This document shows positions 35,293 to 44,804 of a DNA stretch of 64,000 nucleotides, one piece after another. The stretch covers positions 992,001 through 1,056,000 of the forward strand of contig OZ251233.1 in assembly GCA_965240325.2 (NCBI GenBank). Direction: 5' to 3'. The first letter of the stretch is position 1. Every line of letters begins with the position of its first letter. Source of the DNA: Rebecca billardiae RCC1528 (lineage: Eukaryota > Protista > Haptophyta). The translations under genes were made by a program, and so were the position numbers. Under the pieces are notes generated by a model that had not been told where the DNA came from, did no database searches, and saw only the letters and a program-made list of their open reading frames with translations.

Positions 35293-35799
35293 TATATATA
35301 TGTGTGGAGTTATTGGTACAATAATAACTGATTGTCTAATCTCTTTGAGGACGACAAGAACGCCGCCGGGCGCCAGCGCCGCTCATCCGAGCCACATCGC
35401 CCTCTACCCGACCATCGCCTCAAAGGGCGCTGCTCCCGGACAAACAGTCTGTCCGGGTTTTTCTGCCGCCCAGGAGATCGGTTTCCGGCGCCGGCCTCTG
35501 CCGCCTGCTTCGCCAGGCGCGGCGTGCGAGGTGGCTCCAGCCAAGCTCGTCCTGCGTCGCCGGCGGCGGCGGCTCGCACGCGGGTGGCGCGTCGCGTGCA
35601 CCGACCAACATCTTTCGGCTCTCGTCGACGGCGAGCGGCATGCCCACCGCATCTGCTGCCGCTCGCAAAGGCATGAGGACACGTAAATCCCACTGAGTAG
35701 GAACACACGCAGCCGCCTCGGCATCCGCGACATGCCAGGCGGCGTATGCCCACCTTCGGCCAGCAGTTCGGGCGTCGGCGTTCACGAGGACGGCTAGAC

Positions 35800-35802
<3 letters not shown>

Positions 35803-35898
<96 letters not shown>

Positions 35899-35927
35899 TA
35901 CACACACACACACACATATATATATAG

Positions 35928-35993
<66 letters not shown>
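35803..35993. repeat. (TA)n and (CA)n microsatellites
   Basis: Read directly from the sequence. Confidence 0.98.
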
Positions 35994-35997
<4 letters not shown>

Positions 35998-36271
35998 GTC
36001 GTACTACTACCGGCGGAATAACCGCATCAACTGACACTAACTACGGCCGAGTAGTAACGCGCGAGTCCGGTCTCCGGAGTCGCGTCTCAGACACTGTCAC
36101 TCACACTCCTAATAAGTCGAGCTCAGCCATCCGGCTGTCGCAGCAGAGCCTGTACCACCAGGCGAGGCCCAACCGCCCGCCACTACGGCGCTGCCATATC
36201 GGCCCCGCCGATACGCGACGACGATGCTGCTGCTGCTGATGATGGATGCCGCGGCATCAAGTGAGAACGCA

Positions 36272-37900
36272 TCATGCCTCCGAGGGCTCATGGCGGGCGC
36301 GGGCGCCGTACCGGCGATCAAGCAGCTCATCTGCGCGGGACGTGTTTGCGCCGACCACTGCGGTGCATCCCGTGCCGCCGGCGCTGCCCGCCGCCGCGCC
36401 CGCGAGCAGCGGGCTCACCCTGTGCTGCTGCAGCCGCGCCTCGCTGCACGGGAAGTAGGGCAGCACGACGGAGCTGCCATCTCGCACCACCTCGTCTGCA
36501 AAGTCGCGCTTGGTCCGAGCGTCGAACGCGAGCGCAGCGCGCGTGCTGAGGCGCGCGGCGAGGGCGGAGAGGACGGAGTCGCCCGAGACGAGCACGTCGG
36601 CCTCGAGGAACGCCGCCATCATCGAGATCCGGTTCGGATTCGCGTGCACGTGCACCTCGCCGATCCCGCCGCGCGTGCGCTCGGCGGGGCCGCGCGCGCG
36701 CTGCGCCGCCTCGAGCCCAGCAAACTGGGCGCAGCACAGCTCCGAGCTGGCGAGCTCATGGAAGACGGCGACGCGCATGTGCACGCCGCGCGCGCCGAGC
36801 GCACCTCGCAGCCAGCGCAGCAGCGGATCGAAGAGGCTCTCGTGGAACGAGCGCGAGCCCTGCCCCGCGCGGATGTGCACGACGACGTCTGCGGCGCGAC
36901 GCGCGGCGCCGCCGCCCGAGCCCGCGCACCGTGCGTCGCCGCGCGCGCGCGCCGAGCCCGGCGCGCAGCGCTGCGGGGCGGCGGGCGGCGCGAGGGGCAG
37001 CAGCTGGCGCATGAGCCGGTACTGCCTGCGCATGAACCCAACGTCGGCGCCGTTGAGCGGGATCTCGATGAGCTTCGGCCGCCGCGGCGGGCGCGAGTGC
37101 ACGAGCCGCACGGAGCGCGGCGCTTGGCCGGCGGCGCCGAGCGCGCGCAGCCGCGCGCGCGTGGCCGCGTCGTCGAGCACGGCGGCGGGGGTGAGGACGA
37201 GCTCCTCCTCGTGCGGCGGCGGCGGCGCGCGCGCGCACGCCGCCTGCAGCTCCTCCGCGCACGTCGTGTGCATCGACAGCCCGACCAGCGCCTCCCAGAA
37301 AACCTCGCCGACGTAGAACACATCAGCCGGGTAGCTTATGAGTAGCATCGCGCGCGCGCCCAGCAGCGCGCGGAGCTGGCCGAGCGCGCGGCGCACGAAG
37401 AGGCGCTGCTGCAGGTGCGCGCCGGGCGTGTTGCCGCCGACGAGCCGCGGCGGGTCGAGCTGCACCACCGTCGCCGAGCACAACCCGCGGTTGCTCAGCA
37501 GCGGCCGGCGCAGTGCCTGCAGCAGCAGGGCCAGCCGATACCCAAACCGGCGCGCGTGCGCCGGGCATGCGAGCGGCGGCGGCACCGTGATGGGCTGGTG
37601 TGGGCTGATCCCGTTCGTGGCGACCACGCAGGCGAGGCGGCGGAGCGCGGCGTCCGCCTCCGCCGGCAGCCGCTCGCGCCGCTTCCGGCCCGTCAGCTCG
37701 GAGAGCGACGAGTTCGGGGCGACCAGCGCCTCGTCAACGCGCCACGCGTCGCACGCGCCCGGCGCATCCGCCGCGGCGGAGAGCGCGCCCACCACGGCGC
37801 GTAGCGTGCGCAGCCTCGAGATGTCCGCGCCCGTCCCCAGCCGTGTGCACGACAGGAATGCCACGGCGCCCAGGAGCACGCGCCGGCATCGGGCCGCCAT
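36272..37900 (-). CDS. Secreted glycosyltransferase-like protein (fucosyltransferase-type GT-B motifs)
   Basis: ATG at 37900 with signal-like MAARCRRVLLGAVAFLSC. VVVHIRAG resembles VHxRxGD, and AFLEADVLVSGDSVLSALAARLS resembles the ADxLxxxxSxFS motif. Confidence 0.65.
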   Translation of the reverse strand: MAARCRRVLLGAVAFLSCTRLGTGADISRLRTLRAVVGALSAAADAPGACDAWRVDEALVAPNSSLSELTGRKRRERLPAEADAALRRLACVVATNGISPHQPITVPPPLACPAHARRFGYRLALLLQALRRPLLSNRGLCSATVVQLDPPRLVGGNTPGAHLQQRLFVRRALGQLRALLGARAMLLISYPADVFYVGEVFWEALVGLSMHTTCAEELQAACARAPPPPHEEELVLTPAAVLDDAATRARLRALGAAGQAPRSVRLVHSRPPRRPKLIEIPLNGADVGFMRRQYRLMRQLLPLAPPAAPQRCAPGSARARGDARCAGSGGGAARRAADVVVHIRAGQGSRSFHESLFDPLLRWLRGALGARGVHMRVAVFHELASSELCCAQFAGLEAAQRARGPAERTRGGIGEVHVHANPNRISMMAAFLEADVLVSGDSVLSALAARLSTRAALAFDARTKRDFADEVVRDGSSVVLPYFPCSEARLQQHRVSPLLAGAAAGSAGGTGCTAVVGANTSRADELLDRRYGARARHEPSEA

Positions 37901-37919
37901 GCTGACTGCCTGAGCGCGC

Positions 37920-37990
37920 AATCTACTAGATTGCACGCTCAGGTTTGGGATGGTTGATGGACACGGCCAATCTACTAGATTGCACGCTCA
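37920..37990. promoter_or_regulatory. Two ~22-bp direct repeats AATCTACTAGATTGCACGCTCA between divergent genes
   Basis: Copies at 37920-37941 and 37969-37990, each overlapping the dyad CAATCTA-C-TAGATTG. Confidence 0.5.
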
Positions 37991-38085
37991 AGTAACAGGT
38001 GGGTGCTCATCTCGACCGCGAGGCGCGCGCGCGTTTGCGGGCGCGACACCAGGGTCATCGTGGTCGCCTTGCCAAGCTGGCCGGC

Positions 38086-39474
38086 ATGGTCGACCGGAAG
38101 AACCGCAAGTGCGATCACACGGGCTGCACCGCGCGGCCTCACTTCGGCATGGCGGGTGACGCGCGCGCCAGCCGGTGCGCTGCGCACAAGCTCGCCGGCA
38201 TGGTCGACCCGAAGAACCGCAAGTGCGATCACACGGGCTGCACCACGTGGCCTCACTTCGGCATGGCGGATGACGCGCGCGCCAGCCGGTGCGCTGCGCA
38301 CAAGCTCGCCGGCATGGTCGACCTGAAGAACCGCAAGTGCGATCACACGAGCTGCACCAAGCAGCCTTCATTCGGCATGGCGGGTGACGCGCGCGCCAGC
38401 CGGTGCGCTGCGCACAAGCTCGCCGGCATGATCGACCTGAAGAACCGCAAGTGCGATCACACGGGCTGCACCAAGGTGCCTTCATTCGGCATGGTGGGTG
38501 ACGCGCGCGCCAGCCGGTGCGCTGCGCACAAGCTCGCCGGCATGGTCGACCTGAAGAACCGCAAGTGCGATCACACGGGCTGCACCACGCGGCCTCACTT
38601 CGGCATGGCGGGTGACGCGCGCGCCAGCCGGTGCGCTGCGCACAAGCTGGCCGGCATGGTCGACCTGATTCACCCCAAGTGCGATCACACGGGCTGCACC
38701 AAGGATCCTTCATTCGGCATGGCGGGTGACGCGTGCGCCAGCCGGTGCGCTGCGCACAAGCTGGCCGGCATGGTCGACCTGAAGCACTCCAAGTGCGAAC
38801 ACACGGGCTGCACCAAGGAGCCTTCATTCGGCATGGCGGGTGACGCGCGCGCCAGCCGGTGCGCTGCGCACAAGCTCGCCGGCATGGTCGACCTGAAGAA
38901 CCGCAAATGCGATCACACGAGCTGCACCAAGGAGCCTTCATTCGGCATGGCGGGTGACGCGCGCGCCAGCCGGTGCGCTGCGCACAAGCTCGCCGGCATG
39001 GTCGACCTGAAGAGCCGCAAGTGCGATCACACGGGCTGCACCACGCGGCCTGCCTTCGGCATGCCGGGTGACGCGCGTGCCAGCCGGTGCGCTGCGCACA
39101 AGCTGGCCGGCATGGTCGACCTGAAGCACCCCAAGTGCGATCACACGGGCTGCACCACACGGCCTACATTCGGCATGCCGGGCGACACGCGCGCCAGCCT
39201 GTGCGCTACGCACAAGCTGGCCGGCATGAAGCGCCTTCGGAGTCTTGCGCACAAGCGCGCGCTGCAGCAAGACACGAGGAGCCCCAACGAAGTGATGAGC
39301 GCCGCCAAGCGACAGCGGAAGCGCACCAGCAGCACAGCCACTGCCCCGGCTGATGTTGTGGCAGCGCCGCGGCCGCGATCGGCATCGCAGCTGCCGCCGC
39401 TGGTCACAGCCAGCGTTGTATCGACGCCGTCGCGTGCACGACCCGTGGTGATGGCCAGGCGGGTGAGGGCCTGA
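38086..39474 (+). CDS. EsV-1-7 cysteine-rich repeat protein (10 x 38 aa) with basic, NLS-like C-terminus
   Basis: Ten 114-bp units MVDLKNRKCDHTGCTxxPxFGMAGDARASRCAAHKLAG match the EsV-1-7 consensus (C-x4-C...C-x2-H). First ATG at 38086; frame open from 37999; AKRQRKR in the tail. Confidence 0.9.
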   Translation: MVDRKNRKCDHTGCTARPHFGMAGDARASRCAAHKLAGMVDPKNRKCDHTGCTTWPHFGMADDARASRCAAHKLAGMVDLKNRKCDHTSCTKQPSFGMAGDARASRCAAHKLAGMIDLKNRKCDHTGCTKVPSFGMVGDARASRCAAHKLAGMVDLKNRKCDHTGCTTRPHFGMAGDARASRCAAHKLAGMVDLIHPKCDHTGCTKDPSFGMAGDACASRCAAHKLAGMVDLKHSKCEHTGCTKEPSFGMAGDARASRCAAHKLAGMVDLKNRKCDHTSCTKEPSFGMAGDARASRCAAHKLAGMVDLKSRKCDHTGCTTRPAFGMPGDARASRCAAHKLAGMVDLKHPKCDHTGCTTRPTFGMPGDTRASLCATHKLAGMKRLRSLAHKRALQQDTRSPNEVMSAAKRQRKRTSSTATAPADVVAAPRPRSASQLPPLVTASVVSTPSRARPVVMARRVRA

Positions 39475-39680
39475 GCAGCGTTCTCACTGATCGGCACAGC
39501 TGCGTCATCGTAGTCAGTCAGGAGCAAGACTCAGTGACAGTATGGGGGTAGTAGTCTTAGTTACACAGTAGCTTTGTTGTTCATTTGACCAAGAATCTCC
39601 GCCCTTGTTATGTTCATTCAGTGCGCACCCGTGACGCGCGGATTCGGAATCGCGGATTAGCAATTATTCAGCATGGCCGC

Positions 39681-40484
39681 ATGACTGTGCAATCAGCTGT
39701 GCTCCTCCTCTCCAAGCTCGTCCTGCCACTCCTGCTCGCGGGTCGCCCTCCTCGCACGCACATGGCCGCCGGCGACCAAGGCGCTGATCACGTGGAGGTG
39801 GAGGTACGGTTCGCGTGGGACGTGGAGGTCGAGCAACGCATCGCACAGCTTGCGAAGGAGCCGCCGTCGCGCACGTCAATTGATGACGTGTACTTGGATG
39901 CGGGCGACGCTGCTCACGAGCTCACGCTCAAGAACCTGTGGCTGCGACGGCGGCAGGGTCGTTACGAGCTGAAGCATCCGATCAGCATGAACGAACCATC
40001 GGTGTACACGGAGACCAGGGACGAGCAGGAGATCGTGCGTGTCCTGAATGCCGCGCTCACCCCGGCCACGCCGCTCTCCCTGGATGGCGGCTCGCTGGAG
40101 GATGCGCTGGCGGCCGCCGGAATCGCGCCGTTCGCTTGGCTCAGGACGGACCGCGTTTCGTATGACATTGATGGCGGGGCCGAGCTCGGGCGCGTGCACG
40201 TCGACCTGGACCTCGAGGTCAGCCTCAACGAGCGCGTCGGCGAGCTGGAGCTGTGCCTGCCAGCCGGCAGCGCAGAGGAGGCCGTCTCACGCACGCGCGC
40301 CGCCCTCGAGGCTTTTGCGCATGAGCAGCTCGGCGTGGAGGCACGTGCAAGTGGTGGAAACAAGCTGCTTGCGCACATTCGGGCTCACGACCCTGAGCAC
40401 TTCAGCGCACTCATGGCGATGATGAAGCAGCTGAAGAGTCTGAGTCCGACTCTCAACGGTCGTCCGCCGGATGACCGACGATAA
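39681..40484 (+). CDS. CYTH-domain protein, thiamine-triphosphatase-like
   Basis: VEVEVRF (ExExK-like), DVYLD, LWLRRR..YELK, VDLD, VGELEL, KLLAHI. Alternative start at 39762. Confidence 0.85.
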   Translation: MTVQSAVLLLSKLVLPLLLAGRPPRTHMAAGDQGADHVEVEVRFAWDVEVEQRIAQLAKEPPSRTSIDDVYLDAGDAAHELTLKNLWLRRRQGRYELKHPISMNEPSVYTETRDEQEIVRVLNAALTPATPLSLDGGSLEDALAAAGIAPFAWLRTDRVSYDIDGGAELGRVHVDLDLEVSLNERVGELELCLPAGSAEEAVSRTRAALEAFAHEQLGVEARASGGNKLLAHIRAHDPEHFSALMAMMKQLKSLSPTLNGRPPDDRR

Positions 40485-40543
40485 ATAGTCAGCTGAATCT
40501 TCGATCACGCGAACTGTCACAGTCGTAGCAGTATATCGATCAG

Positions 40544-40547
<4 letters not shown>

Positions 40548-40616
<69 letters not shown>
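40548..40616. repeat. (CT)n microsatellite
   Basis: Read directly from the sequence. Confidence 0.98.
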
Positions 40617-40619
<3 letters not shown>

Positions 40620-41444
40620 GGACTCATTAAGTACGACTCAACGGGTCCTGCGTGCGCCCGGCCAATGAGGCTGCGTTCGAGAGCAACGACGCGAAGGGGA
40701 GTCTGCTTCCCTTGACGATGACATGTTCCGTGCGCTCGGGTCGCACGTGTTGGCGCTACTGGCCCGGGTTGTGACGCTGCTCGGCTGCGGCCTGAATCTG
40801 CGCAGCCGCGCCGTGCTGATGCTCCCTCTGGCTGTCAGCTCCGTGTGGTCTGGCGTGCACGCGCAGGCGCGCTCGTGCGCCGAGCACTCCTCTTGCGCGC
40901 GCTGTCGACAGTGACGCACGCGCAGGTCCAACCTTACTGAACCGCAGATCCATCCTGCGCTGCCGGCGCCGCGGTCGGTGACCACGGTCGCCGCAGCCGC
41001 CCGGCCCGGCACGCTCTGCTGCGCGGCCGCCGCGGACTGTCGGCGAGCCCGGGAAGGTCAGGAGGCAGGGTGGGCCGGACAGAGGTCAATCTGGGCAATA
41101 ACTGACGACTAGTACTAGCCACTGTGCGGCCTTCTGGACCGCTGCGGCCAGTCAGGAGTAGGCCGTAACGGTGATGGCGCGGCGGAGGGCGGCGGCGCGG
41201 GCCGGCGGTCGCTGGCGGGGTCAGGGTGCGGCGGGCCGGTCGCCGTCGGGGAGTGCGACTGGACGCTGGTGCCAGTGCCACTGCTCTGAGGAGTCTGAGA
41301 CTCTGCGACTGCTACTGTTTGTGCGTCTGGTTTATACTTGATGCAGATTTGCCACTGGGCCCGGCCCATTGATGTATCGGGCGATATCATGATGATGCAT
41401 CATCGCGCGCGATACATATTTGCGCAGGCACCCAAAGGCAAAGT

Positions 41445-44073
41445 TCACCGACGGGCCGCCCGCCGGGTCCCGCGCGCAGCGGCGCGCGCCGGTGGCGCAG
41501 TGTCGGACTCGGGTGCGCGCGGCGTCCCGAGGCTTTCGTCGGTCGAGGCCGATGCAGCAGGGGTGGCAGCCTCGGCATCGGAGACGCGGCTCGCCGGCCG
41601 CTTCGGTCCCGCGCGGGCGCTGTCCGCCAATGGCGCCGACGGCGCCGACGGCGACTCGGCGCGGCGCGAATCCAGAACGCCCGCACTCGCCGCGGCGCCT
41701 TGTCGCGCCGCCTCCGTCGACTCGGCACTCGCGCGGCGCGCTGGCGCGGCCGAGGTCGCGGACGAGTCGAAGCAGCCGGTGGGCAGCCCGTGGCACACCG
41801 CCGCGGCGCCGACGAGGTGTGTCATGCGGCACGCACCGCGCGCGTGCGCGAGCGCGCGCAGCATCGGCGCCCCGGCGGCGCAGCGCTCGAGTAGGGCCGC
41901 GCACAGCCGATCGAGGTCGCCGTCCGTCACGTCCCACAGGGTGCCCACAACCGCCGGGCTGCGCGCGAGCAGGTACGAGAGCGCCATCGTCGGCTGCTCG
42001 AACTCGCCCAGCACCGACGGCGCCGCGGACGAGCAGCCCATCAGCCATGCGGCCGCGCGCGCGCGCACGGCGCGCACGGCCTCCGCCTTGACAAAGCGCT
42101 CGCCTCCGCCGTGGCCGCAGTACAGCACAAGCCCAGCGCGGCCGAGCGCGGCGAGCAGCGCGTCGGGCGGCGGCGGCGCGCCCACCACGCCGCTCCAGCC
42201 GGCGCGCTCCCTGAACTGCGCCTCGAAGCGCGCCTGCGTGCGCGCGAGGTCGCCCCCCGGGTTGAGCACGAAGAAAGCATCGCCCACATCCACATCCACA
42301 GCCGCGCCCGCGCCCGCGCGCATGTCTGCGCCTGTGTTCGTGCGCGCGTCGGCGGCGTCATCGGCGCGCTCGGCCGCGGCGCGCGCGCTCAGGTGTGCGC
42401 GCAGCACGTCGACGGAAGGCATGCGACACACCTCCTGCGCGTGGCACGGGCGCAGCGCCTCCCACGGCACCCGCTGCACCGAGCCATCGAGCAGCAGCAG
42501 CAGCGGCAGCGGCGGCGGCGCCGCCGAGGGCGGCCGCGCGGCGCCCGACACCGAGGCTTGCGCGTCGTCGTCATCTGTCGAGTGCGGCCGAGCGCGCGCG
42601 AGCGCGGCGCGCAGCGCGTCAGCGGCGGCCCCGCTCTGAGTGTCGGGCGTCTCGCGCCCGTGCCGCTCGGCATGCCCCTCCTGCTGCTGCGCGCTCGGCG
42701 CGGCGCGCGCGGCGTTGCACAGGCGCGCCAGCTGCGCGCCAAGCTCGTGCAGCTCAGCGCCGTCCGCCGCCGCCGCCGCCATCGCCGCCGCCGCGCCCTT
42801 GGCGGCCGAGTCGTCGTCCGCGCCCGGTGTTGCCCGGTGCTGCTGCTGCTGCGCCAGGTAGCCCAGGGCGGCCTCTGCGAACGCTTCGGCCTCGGCGCGC
42901 AGCGCGGCGCGCGCCGCGTCGGCGCGCGACGTCGGCAGGCCCGCGCCCGGCTCGCCCGCCAGCGCGCTCACCGCCTGCTGCGCGCCCGCGCGCAGCGCTC
43001 GCGCGAGCGGCGCGTGTGACACGCCACCTCTGAGGCACGCGCGCGCCGGCGCGCCGAGCCCGTCGCTAAAGCCGCCGAGCCAGTCGCGCAGCTGCTCGTC
43101 GAGCGCGCGCCGCGCGGCCCACCATTCGGCACGGCGCTGGCTCGCCGCGTTCGCCTCGCGCGCGCCGGCAGGCGCCGCGGCGGCCGGCGCAGCTGCGAGG
43201 GACTCGCTGGCTGCGCCGGCCGCCGCGCCGGCCATGGCTGTCACAGGTGCAACGCTCGCCGCCGCCGCGCCGCGCCGCCGCCTCCCGCCGCCGCCGCTGT
43301 CGGCCGCGCCTGCCGAGGCGGGCGCCGTCGTCGCCGCGGGCTGCGCGGGCTGCGCGGACGCGGACGAGGACGAGGACGAGGACGCGCCGGCGCCACCGGC
43401 CGCGGATGGCGCGGAGGAGTCGGCGGCGCTCGGCTCGGCCGCGGCCGCGGCCGCATCCCGACTCCGCGCCAGCACGATCTCGAGCCTCGCGAGCGCGCCC
43501 GACCAGCTGACGGCGGGCGCGTCGGCGCGCTCGGCGGCGCACGACGCGGGCGCGCACGGACGCGAGGCGAGCACCACGGGCGCGCGCCCCGCCCGGAGCC
43601 GCGTGAGCAGAAGCGCCGAGCCGTCGGGCGCAAGCGAAGCACACACGAGCGTCCAGCCCTCTGGTAGTGATCCGAGCAGCGCGCCGAGCGCCGCCCGGTC
43701 CGCCACCGGCCCGGCCGAGAGCGGAGGGCTCGGCGCGGGCGCGAAGCGGGCCTCGCCCTCCGACCCGCCGCTGCACTCCTCGCCGGGCGGCACGCCCGCC
43801 GCGTCCGCGTCGACGGCCACGGCCGGCGCGCGCTCGCTCACCGCCGCGCGAGCCGTCGTGCCCTGAGCGCCACCGGACAACTGCAGCGCCGCTGCGAGCT
43901 GGGATGCGCCCACACCGATCGAAAGCGCATGGGCCCACGCGGCTGATGGGCGCTCGCCCGCGCGCGCGCACGCCAGGCTGAGGAGTGCACGCAGCGCGCG
44001 CAGCTCAGCCGGCGGCCCGTCCGCAGGGCAGCGCGCCGCGGCCGCTCGAAGGTGTCTCGCCGCCGCGGCCGCA

Positions 44074-44118
<45 letters not shown>

Positions 44119-44769
44119 GCGGCGCCCGCGGCCTCGGCGGTGGGCGGCGCGGCGCGTGGCGAGGGCCCGCGGTGTGGCTGCGCAGGGCTCGTCGTCGCGG
44201 CCACGGGCGCAAGCAGCGCAGATAGACCTGCCGGCGAGGCGGCCGCGCCATCCGACGGGCCGGCGGCGGCCGCCGCCGCACCGCGCGCCGCGCTTGCGGA
44301 CAGCTGGTGAAGCCGCGCGCACGCGAGCGCGCGGCGCGCGCGGCACTCGGCATCCGCGCCGGCGGGCTGCGCGAGCACGTGCTCGAGCGCGGCGCACGCC
44401 GCGGAGTCGGAGGCCGCACTCGGCTCGCGCCCCGCACCGCCGCCCGACCCCGTCGCCTGCGCCTCCGCCGCACCGCCGTCCGATGCCGGCGGGTGCGAGC
44501 CTGCGCGCGGCAGCAACGCGTGTTGGGCCGCCGCCGCGCACGCGGAAGCTATGCCGGCGAGCGCACGCGAGGAGGCTACGCCGCCCGCCGGTAGTGCCGC
44601 CTCCGGCGCGGCGGCGCCGTCGACGCCGAGGGCCGCACGCAGCGCACGCCACACCTCCGCGACGGCGGCGGTGGCGGCGCGTCCGCCCTCCTCGGCCGCG
44701 TCCTCGTCCGCGTCCGCGTCTGCGGCCGTGCGGGCGGCGCGCGCGGTCGCGCGGCCGCGCGCCGAGCCG

Positions 44770-44804
<35 letters not shown>

